DNA of 32,000 nt from the NCBI RefSeq assembly GCF_000223395.1, contig NC_015931.1, forward strand, positions 1,380,001-1,412,000, written 5' to 3'. The notes under the pieces are model-generated. The model saw nothing but the letters and a program-made list of their open reading frames with translations. It was not told where the DNA came from and searched no databases. Both the position numbers and the translations under genes were made by a program. This DNA is from Pyrolobus fumarii 1A. GTDB lineage: Archaea > Thermoproteota > Thermoprotei_A > Sulfolobales > Pyrodictiaceae. Each line of letters begins with the position of its first letter. Within the stretch, counting starts at the first letter, position 1. This document shows positions 1 to 9,355 of the stretch, in pieces.

Positions 1-1064
1 CATACCCAGTGATTATAGGCAAGGATCTTGTCAAGGATCTCGGAGACATTCTAGCCGAGTATACCCGCCTCAATCCACTCAACTGTCTAGTTGCATACCC
101 GCAGCCCCTGGAGTGGCTCGCCAATACGGTCGTACAGGGCTTGTCCAGTTTCTGCACGCACGTGTACAAATTTGCTCTACCAGACGGCGAGGACGCTAAA
201 CGTCTCGAAAAGGTCCTAGAGCTTGTGGAGTTTATGCATAGACTGGGCTTCTCGCGCAGGGACTTAGTCGTAGTCGCTGGGGGAGGCGCTGCAAGTGATT
301 CTGCAGGTTTCGCGGCTGCCATCTATAAACGTGGCGTACCATACGTCAATATTCCTTCAACTCTTCTCTCAATGGTTGATGCTGCTATTGGAGGCAAGGT
401 TGCAGTTAACCATGCCGGCCTTAAGAACCTCTTAGGCACTTTTTACCAGCCACGAGCGGTCATAGAAGATGTGTCGCTACTTGCCACTCTACCAAAACTC
501 GAGGTTCTAAGTGGTCTTGGCGAGATAGTGAAGTACGCATATACGTTAAGCGCAGAGCTACACGACATGCTCGTCAAGCACGGTACTAAGGTTGTTGAGG
601 AGCCCAACCTGCTAGCCGAGGCGGTTAGCTACTCTGTCAACTCTAAAGCTAGGATAGTAGAGCTTGACGAGAGGGAGGAATACGGCCTACGCGAGATTCT
701 CAACTTTGGTCATACTTTCGGCCATGCGCTCGAGGAGGCAGCCAAAGGAGAGGTTAAGCACGGCATAGCTGTGGCGTGGGGCTGCGTTGTTGAGTCTTGG
801 GCAGGTGTGCACCTGGGGTTTACTCCGAGGTGGGTAGCCGAGGAGCTAGAGTCGCTGGTTCGTAGACTCGGATTTCCCCAGCCAAAGCTACCAGAGTTTG
901 ATATCCTCACTACGCTAATGGCCAAGGATAAGAAGGTACATGGCGACGTTATTAGGGGTGTGTTCCCACTTGCTCCTGGAAGGGGCCTAGTCGTAGACGT
1001 GAGGTTAAAGGATTATGTCGAGGCGGTTAGACGCGCGGCTGCAAGAGTCTGGAGGGGAGAGTAA
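1..1064 (+). CDS. aroB: 3-dehydroquinate synthase; 5' end probably lies outside the window
   Basis: ORF 9..1064 carries GGGAASDSAGFAAA, IPSTLLSMVDAAIGGKVAVN and NFGHTFGHALE, as in DHQ synthases. The frame stays open back to nt 3 (..YP-VIIGKD), so the GTG at 9 is probably internal. Confidence 0.9.
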   Translation, partial: YPVIIGKDLVKDLGDILAEYTRLNPLNCLVAYPQPLEWLANTVVQGLSSFCTHVYKFALPDGEDAKRLEKVLELVEFMHRLGFSRRDLVVVAGGGAASDSAGFAAAIYKRGVPYVNIPSTLLSMVDAAIGGKVAVNHAGLKNLLGTFYQPRAVIEDVSLLATLPKLEVLSGLGEIVKYAYTLSAELHDMLVKHGTKVVEEPNLLAEAVSYSVNSKARIVELDEREEYGLREILNFGHTFGHALEEAAKGEVKHGIAVAWGCVVESWAGVHLGFTPRWVAEELESLVRRLGFPQPKLPEFDILTTLMAKDKKVHGDVIRGVFPLAPGRGLVVDVRLKDYVEAVRRAAARVWRGE

Positions 1065-1074
1065 TACTCTTAGC

Positions 1075-1093
1075 GGGGGTGAAGCCCACCCCC
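1075..1093 (+). other. 7-bp GC hairpin in the aroB-tkt spacer
   Basis: GGGGGTG-AAGCC-CACCCCC read directly, followed by GAGG..GAGGAA before the ATG at 1117. Function unknown. Confidence 0.5.
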
Positions 1094-1116
1094 CTCCCAC
1101 CACGAGGGCCGAGGAA

Positions 1117-1902
1117 ATGAAGATAAGCGAGCTACGCGATATAGCGTTGAGGATCAGGAGACGCATACTACGGATGGCTGCGGTAGACAAGAGTGTGCAT
1201 GCTGGCGCATCACTTAGCGTTACCGATATTCTTGTGGCTCTTTACTTCGGCATAGGTGTTAGACTGGAGGGTCCTAAACCAACGCATCGCGACTGGGTGA
1301 TACTCAGCAAGGGTCATGCCGTGCCCGCGCTTTACGCTATTCTTACAGAGTTGGGTCTCCTCGAGGAAGCGGAGCTAGACAAGATACGCACTATTGATGG
1401 CTTGGAAGGGCACCCTGACTTCACTACGCCAGGCGTCGATGTCTCTACGGGTAGTCTGGGTCAAGGGCTTAGCATTGGAGCTGGCATAGCATACGCTATG
1501 CGCCTTGACGGCACAGAGGGCAAATACAATGTGTTCGTGATACTGGGCGACGGTGAACTCGACGAGGGTCAAGTGTGGGAGGCAGCCACAACCGCCGCTC
1601 ATCTACGCCTACGTAGCCTCGTGGCTATCGTAGACGTGAATGGATTCCAGCTAGACGGTCCTACGGACAAGATAAAGTCCAAGGGTTCGATTGCAGCACG
1701 CTGGTCCAGCATAGGCTGGCATGTCGTAGAGGCCGATGGCCACAGTTTCAAGAGCCTCTTATCCGCACTTGAGGAGGCAATCGCCTATCCTGGCCCAGCT
1801 GTTGTTCTCGCATACACGCGTCGAGGTAGAGGCCTAGGTATACTCGAGAAGACAGGTGGTCAGCATGTCAACCCTGAGTACGCGAAACAATTCATCGAGT
1901 AA
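1117..1902 (+). CDS. transketolase, N-terminal (TPP-binding) subunit
   Basis: Contains GHAVPALYAIL, GSLGQGLSIGAG and GDGELDEGQVWEA. I chose the ATG at 1117 (MKISELR..) because the longer ORF from 1015 overlaps aroB. Confidence 0.9.
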   Translation: MKISELRDIALRIRRRILRMAAVDKSVHAGASLSVTDILVALYFGIGVRLEGPKPTHRDWVILSKGHAVPALYAILTELGLLEEAELDKIRTIDGLEGHPDFTTPGVDVSTGSLGQGLSIGAGIAYAMRLDGTEGKYNVFVILGDGELDEGQVWEAATTAAHLRLRSLVAIVDVNGFQLDGPTDKIKSKGSIAARWSSIGWHVVEADGHSFKSLLSALEEAIAYPGPAVVLAYTRRGRGLGILEKTGGQHVNPEYAKQFIE

Positions 1903-1927
1903 CCTATCCGAGGTTCAACGCTTGACT

Positions 1928-2857
1928 ATGAGGGATGCCGTTGGAAGAGCACTTGTCGAGCTAGGCGAGGAAGATCCAGACATGGTAGTAGTTACTGCCG
2001 ACGTTGCGAGGTCTACACGCACGTCATGGTTTGGAGAGAAGTTTCCAGAGCGTTTTGTCAACGTAGGCATAGGAGAGCAAGATCTAGTAGATTTCGCGGC
2101 AGGGTTAGCGCTGGCAGGTAAACGCCCCTGGGCAGCCGCCTTTGCAATGTTCATGATGCGTGCCTGGGAGCAAATAAGGAACACCATAGACCGTATGAGG
2201 CTTAACGTCAAGCTACTAGCTACACATAGCGGGTTCAGTGACCACAGTGACGGGAGTAGTCATCAAAGCTTAGAGGATGTCGCACTGATGCGCGTACTTC
2301 ATAACATGGTGGTTGTAGTCCCCGCCGACGCTCTAGAAGCGTACAAGGCTGTCAGAGCTCTACACTGGGATGTTAACGGACCAGCATATCTACGTGTTGG
2401 TCGCGACTACTCCCCGGTAATCACAGAACCCGAAACACCCTTCAGGATCGGAAACGCCAATATCCTGCGCGATGGCGACGATCTAGCCATTGTGGGGTGT
2501 GGCCCCATACTCTATCAGGCGCTACGCGCAGCAGACATACTAGAGAAGAAGATTGGCGTAAAACCCGCTGTTATAGACATGCACACGATCAAGCCCATTG
2601 ACAGACACACTATAGTCAAGTATGCCCAAAAGACAGGGTTCATAGTGACCGTTGAGGAGCACTACACGCGTGGTGGGCTTGGTGGAGCTGTTGCCGAGGT
2701 GCTAGCCGAAGAGTACCCGACACGCATTTTGATGATAGGCGCTAGAGGTTACGGCCACAGCGCTAGAAGCATAGAAGACCTTTATCGTGCACACTGCCTC
2801 GTTGCAGAGTGCATAGCTAAGCGCATAGAGGAGGCGTTAAGAGGTGTAAAGAATTGA
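1928..2857 (+). CDS. transketolase, C-terminal (pyrimidine-binding) subunit
   Basis: MRDAVGRALVELGEEDPDMVVVTADV.., GIGEQDLV and the C-terminal domain are present. The ATG at 1928 follows the tktN stop at 1902. Confidence 0.9.
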   Translation: MRDAVGRALVELGEEDPDMVVVTADVARSTRTSWFGEKFPERFVNVGIGEQDLVDFAAGLALAGKRPWAAAFAMFMMRAWEQIRNTIDRMRLNVKLLATHSGFSDHSDGSSHQSLEDVALMRVLHNMVVVVPADALEAYKAVRALHWDVNGPAYLRVGRDYSPVITEPETPFRIGNANILRDGDDLAIVGCGPILYQALRAADILEKKIGVKPAVIDMHTIKPIDRHTIVKYAQKTGFIVTVEEHYTRGGLGGAVAEVLAEEYPTRILMIGARGYGHSARSIEDLYRAHCLVAECIAKRIEEALRGVKN

Positions 2858-3885
2858 GTCAAGCAAGTGGAGCAATTCATAGCATTCGTTCAAGCATAAC
2901 AGAAGTCGACCGTGCTATATTGTCGTTACTAGCAGCTAGAATGAGACTAGTGTCGCTAGTAGGTGAGGCCAAAGTCGCGCAAGGCATGCCGGTCTACGAT
3001 CCAAGCCGTGAGGTGGAGGTACTATCGATAGTCAGGGAGGAGGCTGCAAAGAGAGGCCTACCGCCAGACCTCGCATCCGAAATATATTCAATCATAATGT
3101 CATACTCTAGATGCGCGCAGGTTACGTGCCCCGAAAGGCTCCGTATAGCATTCTACGGCTATGGTGATATGGCACGCACTCTAGCACGTCACGCTGCAAG
3201 AGGCGGCTGTTGGGTTGCAATCACGGGCCGTAACCCGAAGAAGGCCGAGGAAGCGGCACAGACAACAGGCGTTGAGTACATGAGCGTCGAGGAGGCACTG
3301 GACTGGGCTGATATACTCATATACGCTGTTCCATGGGATGTGGTGCCTGAACTCCTCCGCGAGCATGCTAAGATTATACGTGAGAGCATGTTAGTGGCAG
3401 ATATAGCCTCGGTCAAGAAGCCTCTCGTGGAACGAGTATCAAAGTTGCTACCAGATGGTGTAGAGTACGTAAGTTTACATCCGCTTTTCGGGCCCGTTGA
3501 GTGCCCTGCTGGCGAGACCGTGGTTGTTGTACCTATCAGGCTTGACTCTTGGAGACACAGGCTAGAAGCATTGCTTGAGGGTCTAGGTTTCCGGTACGAA
3601 TATGTTGATGCCGATACACATGATAGAGTCATGGCTGCCAATCAAGTACTACACCATGCTGTGCTCGAGGCGTTCCGCAGAGCATACCAAGAGCTTCTTC
3701 GCGAATTGAATGTAACTCCTGGCTTGGCGAAATTGCTCGTAACTAGGAGTCTCAGACAGACACTAAGCGTCGTAGAGAGAATCGAGAGTCTCGAGAAGGT
3801 GGTGCAAGAGATACGCAAGGGTAACCCCTACGCTGACAAAGCCCTAGAAGCTCTAAGGAGAGCACTACAAGACCTACACGGCTGA
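2854..3885 (+). CDS. chorismate mutase / prephenate dehydrogenase fusion
   Basis: The N-terminal ~90 aa are AroQ-like (ITEVDRAILSLLAARMRLV..VYDPSRE). The rest is TyrA-like (IAFYGYGDMA, ADIASVKKP, SLHPLFGP). The TTG start overlaps the tktC stop (TTGA). Confidence 0.8.
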   Translation: MSQASGAIHSIRSSITEVDRAILSLLAARMRLVSLVGEAKVAQGMPVYDPSREVEVLSIVREEAAKRGLPPDLASEIYSIIMSYSRCAQVTCPERLRIAFYGYGDMARTLARHAARGGCWVAITGRNPKKAEEAAQTTGVEYMSVEEALDWADILIYAVPWDVVPELLREHAKIIRESMLVADIASVKKPLVERVSKLLPDGVEYVSLHPLFGPVECPAGETVVVVPIRLDSWRHRLEALLEGLGFRYEYVDADTHDRVMAANQVLHHAVLEAFRRAYQELLRELNVTPGLAKLLVTRSLRQTLSVVERIESLEKVVQEIRKGNPYADKALEALRRALQDLHG

Positions 3886-3917
3886 GATGGGCTTCGGCCT
3901 AGTATGCGCTCAGCATC

Positions 3918-3936
3918 GCCGGGCGTATAGCCCGGC
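3918..3936 (+). other. perfect 7-bp hairpin in an intergenic region
   Basis: GCCGGGC-GTATA-GCCCGGC read directly, 33 nt after the stop at 3885. No T-run follows it. Confidence 0.5.
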
Positions 3937-4012
3937 TCCTGCTCCCGGATTCCACCACATCCGCCCGCCATGTAACACGCAATAACAACCGGCCGCTCTT
4001 AACCATGGCTGG

Positions 4013-5398
4013 GTGGGGGGAATCGCTCTAGTTGATGCGGCACTTGTTCTTGCTGGCGGGCGCGGAGAGAGAGCATGGCCTCTAACAGCGACCATATACA
4101 AGCCCTTGCTGCAGCTACCAGGTAACGAGAGCATCTTATCAAGGCTGGTTAGACAGGTATCGCGTCTTGCCAAACGTGTATATGTTCTCGTCCCTCCTGG
4201 AGCCACGGAGGAGTTCAAGAAGCATCTAGACTCCTATGGCTTCACTAACGTTGTTGTAGTGGAGCAACAGCCATACGAGAATGGAGGTTATGGTAGCGGA
4301 GCTGCTGTTAGGCAATTGCTTGAAGTCGTACCTGACATTGACTCGGTACTAATTGTGCATGGTGATACGGTGATACACGACTCTGTTATTGATGATCTTG
4401 TTAAGCTTGCCGAGAATAGAGAATGGGGGCTTGTCGGCTTTCGTACAAACCGCAACGGGAAACGTTACGGCGTTATTGTTGCCGACGGCTCTCGCGTCAA
4501 ACGCATTGTAGAGAAGCCTGGTTGGAGCGGAGAAGTAGTGGCCAACGCAGCGATCTATCTACTTCCTGCTAGGCTTGTACGCGAGGCCGTTATGAACATA
4601 GGCATTAGCGAGCGAGGTGAAATAGAGTTCCCTGATGCAGTCAACCTCGTGGCTAAGCGGTTAGAGGATGAGGGCAAATGGCTACGACTACTACTTATTC
4701 GCGAAGAGCACAGGATCGATGTTGGCCCGTGGTGGGAGTATCTACTAGCATCTAGGATGGTGCTTGACTGGCTCGTCGAGAGCGGATGCAGAGCTGAAGG
4801 TAACATAGCATACAATGTCATAGTAAAGGGCGTTGTATGCGGAGAGGGTTTCGAGGTAGAAGGTCCCAGTGTTCTAGAGGGGCCTATCTGGCTAGGTAGA
4901 AACGCTAGAGTAGGACCTTTCACGCATCTTCGCAAATACACCATACTATACGATGACGTCCAAGTTGGTGCATTTGTTGAGATAAAGGGGAGCGTGCTAA
5001 TGGAGCGCACGGTAGCGAGACACCATGCATACATCGGCGATTCGGTGGTAGGCCCGCGTAGCAACATAGCTGCTGGAACCGTGTTTGCAAACCTTCGCCA
5101 CGACAACGCTACTGTAAGGTCATGCGCGGGCGGGCGCGTCAGAAACACTGGATTGAGAAAGCTTGGTGCCGTACTAGGTGAGGGTGTGAAAACAGGAGTC
5201 AACTCATCTATCATGCCAGGAGCGCGTATAGGACCATGTTCGTGGATTGAACCGGGTGCCGTCGTCAGAGGCGATGTGCCTTCATGCAGCTTCTATAGGA
5301 GAGACGGCGAGATAGTCGATATTAGAGAGGCTGTTGCAAACTGCTGCAGAGGCGTGCGTGGCGGCAGGGGTTATGGACTATGCACAAAACCCGAATAG
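4013..5398 (+). CDS. bifunctional-type sugar-1-phosphate nucleotidyltransferase with a C-terminal left-handed beta-helix (GlmU/ST0452-like)
   Basis: N terminus has LAGGRGERAWPLT..KPLL (NTP-transferase G-loop). The C-terminal half has hexapeptide-like repeats (IGDSVVGPRSNIAAGTVFAN..). GTG start. Confidence 0.8.
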   Translation: MGGIALVDAALVLAGGRGERAWPLTATIYKPLLQLPGNESILSRLVRQVSRLAKRVYVLVPPGATEEFKKHLDSYGFTNVVVVEQQPYENGGYGSGAAVRQLLEVVPDIDSVLIVHGDTVIHDSVIDDLVKLAENREWGLVGFRTNRNGKRYGVIVADGSRVKRIVEKPGWSGEVVANAAIYLLPARLVREAVMNIGISERGEIEFPDAVNLVAKRLEDEGKWLRLLLIREEHRIDVGPWWEYLLASRMVLDWLVESGCRAEGNIAYNVIVKGVVCGEGFEVEGPSVLEGPIWLGRNARVGPFTHLRKYTILYDDVQVGAFVEIKGSVLMERTVARHHAYIGDSVVGPRSNIAAGTVFANLRHDNATVRSCAGGRVRNTGLRKLGAVLGEGVKTGVNSSIMPGARIGPCSWIEPGAVVRGDVPSCSFYRRDGEIVDIREAVANCCRGVRGGRGYGLCTKPE

Positions 5399-5922
5399 CG
5401 GCACTAATCCTTGTAGTATTGTTCGGCGCCACACTTCTAGCTACACAATTATGGTCAACGTATAGCACTCAACCTGCCGACAACGTGAGCATCCCTGTGC
5501 CGGATAGACTGGCAGGATATCCTCTACTTAGACTAGTCAGTGGGGACGAGGCGCTCAGGATGGTAAAGGGGATACACTGGGAGCCCGGCGCTATACCAGC
5601 TTCGGGGGCGGCTGTTGCACTCTACGGAATCAACGATAAGGTGGCATACCGTCTGTGGATTGTAGAGGTTTCTAATGCTTGTCTTGCCGTAGAGAGTATG
5701 GCTAAGAAGATAGCAGAGTATAGCAATCAGCTCCCTTACACTCCACCTCAGCCACATAATTATGGCAGCGTTACGTTCTACATAACACTGGATAGGCGCA
5801 ATGGGTCCTATCACATCTTCTGGTGTGAGGGTAGCTACGCACTATGGTTAGAGGCGTATGATACTAGTACGCTAATGAAGGCAGTGGAGCAACTCATAGA
5901 GTTCTACGGCTCGCACGGCTAA
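5380..5922 (+). CDS. hypothetical membrane-anchored or secreted protein
   Basis: N-terminal hydrophobic helix IAALILVVLFGATLLATQLW. Overlaps the upstream gene by 19 nt. No recognisable family. Confidence 0.55.
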   Translation: MHKTRIAALILVVLFGATLLATQLWSTYSTQPADNVSIPVPDRLAGYPLLRLVSGDEALRMVKGIHWEPGAIPASGAAVALYGINDKVAYRLWIVEVSNACLAVESMAKKIAEYSNQLPYTPPQPHNYGSVTFYITLDRRNGSYHIFWCEGSYALWLEAYDTSTLMKAVEQLIEFYGSHG

Positions 5923-6470
5923 AGCGTTACCTCTCTCTCCTCAAGCACTACTACCTTCCCACCTCTATCTTCGTATATTTTCACGTGGATCTTGCGTCCA
6001 TTAACAGTTATGTAGGCTAGGCTGGGCTTTAGCGAGCCGCCACCCCCTCCCCATACACCGGTGAGACTACCTGGATTTACATGCAGTACACCCTCATGGA
6101 GACGTAGAAGCGGTGCATGCGTATGCCCACTAATCAACATTTCAACGTCTTTCTCCTTAGCGATACGCGTTAACTTGACTATATCGCCACGCGGGTACAC
6201 TTGATGACCATGTATAACGCCAATCTTTACATCATCAGCGGTGAATGTCGCACTTTCGGGTAGCGGAAGGAAGTCCATGTTACCGCTTACCACGTACAAC
6301 TCGCCACCAAGGCTCTTAATCCACTCTAACACTTCCTCGCCACAAAGATCGCCAGCATGCACAACGACCTCATATTCCAGTTTCGATATGAGGTCTAGCA
6401 TTGTTTCTGGCACGCGTCTAGCACGATATGGTATATGAGTGTCGGACATGACTAGTATGCGAGTAACCAT
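5919..6470 (-). CDS. metallophosphoesterase, YfcE/MJ0936 family
   Basis: Contains MSDTH, HAGDL, SGNMD, VIHGH and SGHTH. I chose the ATG at 6470 (MVTRILV..). Its stop shares the tetranucleotide CTAA with the convergent gene. Confidence 0.85.
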   Translation of the reverse strand: MVTRILVMSDTHIPYRARRVPETMLDLISKLEYEVVVHAGDLCGEEVLEWIKSLGGELYVVSGNMDFLPLPESATFTADDVKIGVIHGHQVYPRGDIVKLTRIAKEKDVEMLISGHTHAPLLRLHEGVLHVNPGSLTGVWGGGGGSLKPSLAYITVNGRKIHVKIYEDRGGKVVVLEEREVTL

Positions 6471-6547
6471 CTCCCCCAGGCCCCTATTGATGGGGCTCGG
6501 CCAGCCGTGCATTCATCACTCTTCCCGGTCGGTGCCCAGGGCAGTCC

Positions 6548-7093
6548 TCACAGCCCCTCATCAAACCCGGCGACATCACCATTACTATAATCTTCAACCT
6601 CTACTTCATAGCCTTCATCTTCACCGTCTCCACTATCCTCCACTGTACTACCCTGAACCTCCTCCTGTACCAAAGACGCTGTTGCAACCAGCGTAGCTGG
6701 CAGTAACCCCATCCAGACTAGGAAAGGCACCAGCATTGCAAAGTCCGCGGGAAGTGCCGGATAAGCCTCCTCTTGCCTATCAACGCTACTGGGTGGTGCT
6801 CCTCTCACAGCCTCTATACCGGCTCGTATAGTGTTCGCAAGCTTCTCTAGCACTCTAGTCGCCTCCGGCACAAGTTCTAGACCCTTACCCGTCAGTCGGA
6901 TACGCCTACGCTTTAGGAAAAGGATGCGCTTCTCCTCAACCTCGAGGAGGCCACGCATCGCCAATCGCTTAATAGCGTCTTCCACATCCTCTACGCGAGT
7001 ATTGAACAGTTTTGCTATCTCACGGGGATCATCTACTCCTCGCGCAACCGCGACAAGTATAGCTGCTTCAAGGGGGGATAGGCTGTCGGGCAA
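6548..7093 (-). CDS. winged-helix DNA-binding protein with one predicted transmembrane helix and an acidic tail
   Basis: wHTH-like N terminus (LEAAILVAVARGVDDPREIAKLF..IKRLAMRGLLE). Hydrophobic aa 118-142. The tail has 15 D/E in 39 aa and no K/R. TTG start. Confidence 0.65.
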   Translation of the reverse strand: MPDSLSPLEAAILVAVARGVDDPREIAKLFNTRVEDVEDAIKRLAMRGLLEVEEKRILFLKRRRIRLTGKGLELVPEATRVLEKLANTIRAGIEAVRGAPPSSVDRQEEAYPALPADFAMLVPFLVWMGLLPATLVATASLVQEEVQGSTVEDSGDGEDEGYEVEVEDYSNGDVAGFDEGL

Positions 7094-7152
7094 TTCGTTG
7101 ATACACCCCCTGCACCGCCACGGTAGCTAGAATTGCTCGGGGAGGAATAACC

Positions 7153-7908
7153 ATGTATTTACTCGTGATGGGGCTCGCGGGTTCAGGTAAAACCACGCTA
7201 ACCGGCGCATTCGCTAAATGGATGCGCGAAAATGGACACAAAGTACGCGTCGTGAACCTTGATCCTGGTGCGGAGCACCTGCCCTATAACCCCGATTTCG
7301 ATATTCGCAGCATAGTCACAGTTGAGAAGCTGATGAAGGAACATGGCCTTGGTCCTAATGGGGCAATGTTAAAGGCGAGCGAAGTAATAGTCGAAAATGC
7401 GAAGGAGATACTCAAACATGAAGCTTTCAAGCCGTTCGACGCTACAGTGATTATAGATACACCGGGCCAGCTAGAGATATTCATGTTGCGACACGAGGGC
7501 TACAAATTCACTAGCTTGCTGAAACGCAGAGCGCCAACTGTCGGCGTGTTCCTAGTCGACGGTTCAATGGTATACAACATAGCTGATCTTGTAACGTCGT
7601 GGATGCTAGGCCTACTTGTCCAAGTTAAGCTTGACATACCAACCATACCGGTGTTTAGCAAGTCCGATTTGATAAAGGATAGGAGCCTAGTCGAGAAGGT
7701 AGTCGAGGATCCTCTATCACTCACCGAGGATATCGAGAAGAGCCTTAGCGGCGTAACTGCAGAACTAGCTATAGAGATGGCTAGACTCCTGGCCGAGTAT
7801 AGACAAAGCCTACGTCCCGTACTAGTATCAGCTATCACGGGCGAGGGATTCGAAGAACTCTTCAGCGTTGTACACGAGGCTTTCTGTAGCTGCGGCGACC
7901 TAAGCTAA
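7153..7908 (+). CDS. GPN-loop GTPase
   Basis: P-loop GLAGSGKTT, NLDPGAE, the GLGPNGAM (GPN) motif and DTPGQLE. Confidence 0.9.
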   Translation: MYLLVMGLAGSGKTTLTGAFAKWMRENGHKVRVVNLDPGAEHLPYNPDFDIRSIVTVEKLMKEHGLGPNGAMLKASEVIVENAKEILKHEAFKPFDATVIIDTPGQLEIFMLRHEGYKFTSLLKRRAPTVGVFLVDGSMVYNIADLVTSWMLGLLVQVKLDIPTIPVFSKSDLIKDRSLVEKVVEDPLSLTEDIEKSLSGVTAELAIEMARLLAEYRQSLRPVLVSAITGEGFEELFSVVHEAFCSCGDLS

Positions 7909-9273
7909 CCATGCCGGCCTCTTAACCGTGAAGCGGTACAACCACCTCCATGCCTCGGGGCATAGATTCCACCCGCCAAGAATCGCATCACCTAACGTCG
8001 CTATTGTGACCATCTTGGTCTCGCGGGGTTTGGCTCTAACCGCTATGTCCTCAACAACTACTCGTATCCACCGAAGGCTCCATAACACGCCTTTCTCGTC
8101 CACCCATGGACCGATATCCCCTCTTTCAAGGCTCTTCTGTACGAATCTTGACGCCCTCTCCTCTAGCCATACTTCTGGGCCCCGATGGGGGAGAGGTTGC
8201 GGCAACGGATGCTCCAACACCTCCACAGCAACTAGAACGTACCTGCCTTGCTCACAGTAGAAGGCATCACGGTCAATGACGTAGTAACCCCTTTCCTCCA
8301 AGAGCGACACAAGCCTCCTAGCTGCCGCTCTTGCAACCCCCCAGCCGACATCTGGACTCCTAACGTTGACGTCATAACGCACAACTAGAATTTTCCAAGC
8401 GCGGGGACCAGCCACACTAAGAATTTCATGAGGTTCGCTGGGGTATGATGGCGGCTCGAAGAACTTAATGCTAGGCTGTCGCAGGTACTCCCGAGCCGCT
8501 AGTACAAACCAAGCGAGGCTCTTGACAGAGACTGCTGCTGCGACATTCCGCCGCGGATCAACCGGGTCAATCACAATAAGTGGACTATCACGAAACTTCT
8601 CGAGCACGGCGTCAACAACACCACCATAATGACCCTCTATGTCAATCACTACTGGTGGTTTCCACCTGGCTGCCTTCTCGAGAACGTTACGAAAACAGCC
8701 AAACGCCACTATTAACAACTCTGCAAGGTAACCTGAAAAGCCCTGTACTGCAACCTCGGCGCCATAAACACCGATACCCTTCAGGAACTTTTTCAGAAGT
8801 CTAACTTCGTCACGCTTCTCATCATCAAGCCTCTCTAGTATATACTTCGTGTGGAACGGCGTACGATCTACTGCAGTCTCGGCTTCCAATCCACTTCTAA
8901 CGCGAAGTGCCGGTACAACATCCACCCAGACATCCTCTACTAGCACACGTATGTAAGGGTGCGCCGCATACCGCTCCTCTACTGGAAGGTCACGGAACGC
9001 CTCACGGAATATCTCCTTGGCTTCATTAAGCTTAGCTCGCCACTCGCGATCAAACAACACAAACACGTCTATGTCGAGATCGCCGGAAAGCCACGTGCCT
9101 TTTGCAACACTACCCTGGAGGGTAACCTCGGCATTGATTCCCTTCGCTGCTAGCGTATCTTCAAGCCTCTCGCGTACAAAACTCCACACCCTATTCGCCT
9201 TCTCTAGCTCCCACGGCTTGGGCCGTATCTTGTTGAGAACCTCCTCCTCAACCCTGCTCCTGGGGCACTTCAA
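7900..9273 (-). CDS. cca: archaeal class I CCA-adding tRNA nucleotidyltransferase
   Basis: GSVAKGTWLSGDLDIDVFVLF is the catalytic motif. Size is 457 aa. There is a 9-nt convergent overlap with the GTPase gene. Confidence 0.85.
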   Translation of the reverse strand: MKCPRSRVEEEVLNKIRPKPWELEKANRVWSFVRERLEDTLAAKGINAEVTLQGSVAKGTWLSGDLDIDVFVLFDREWRAKLNEAKEIFREAFRDLPVEERYAAHPYIRVLVEDVWVDVVPALRVRSGLEAETAVDRTPFHTKYILERLDDEKRDEVRLLKKFLKGIGVYGAEVAVQGFSGYLAELLIVAFGCFRNVLEKAARWKPPVVIDIEGHYGGVVDAVLEKFRDSPLIVIDPVDPRRNVAAAVSVKSLAWFVLAAREYLRQPSIKFFEPPSYPSEPHEILSVAGPRAWKILVVRYDVNVRSPDVGWGVARAAARRLVSLLEERGYYVIDRDAFYCEQGRYVLVAVEVLEHPLPQPLPHRGPEVWLEERASRFVQKSLERGDIGPWVDEKGVLWSLRWIRVVVEDIAVRAKPRETKMVTIATLGDAILGGWNLCPEAWRWLYRFTVKRPAWLA

Positions 9274-9355
9274 GCCTATACTGCCTCCCCGGGAGCCCAG
9301 AGCTTATCCAGCCTCGTTTTCAACCGAGGGCCCGAACAAGGGAGGGAAGTTCAAG

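Noticed and set aside
4555-5214. 219-aa ORF antisense to the nucleotidyltransferase gene. The same applies to 3189-3641, 7500-7838, 12278-12690, 13794-14173, 15156-16295 and 30183-30639.
   Set aside because: These are shadow ORFs inside well-supported genes. They are S/T/R/P-rich and have no motifs.
9017-9355. Long 5' extension of the methyltransferase-like ORF
   Set aside because: It overlaps the cca coding region by 257 nt on the opposite strand and has an S/T/L/R-rich composition. The TTG at 9356 is preceded by a GGGAGG motif and is more plausible.
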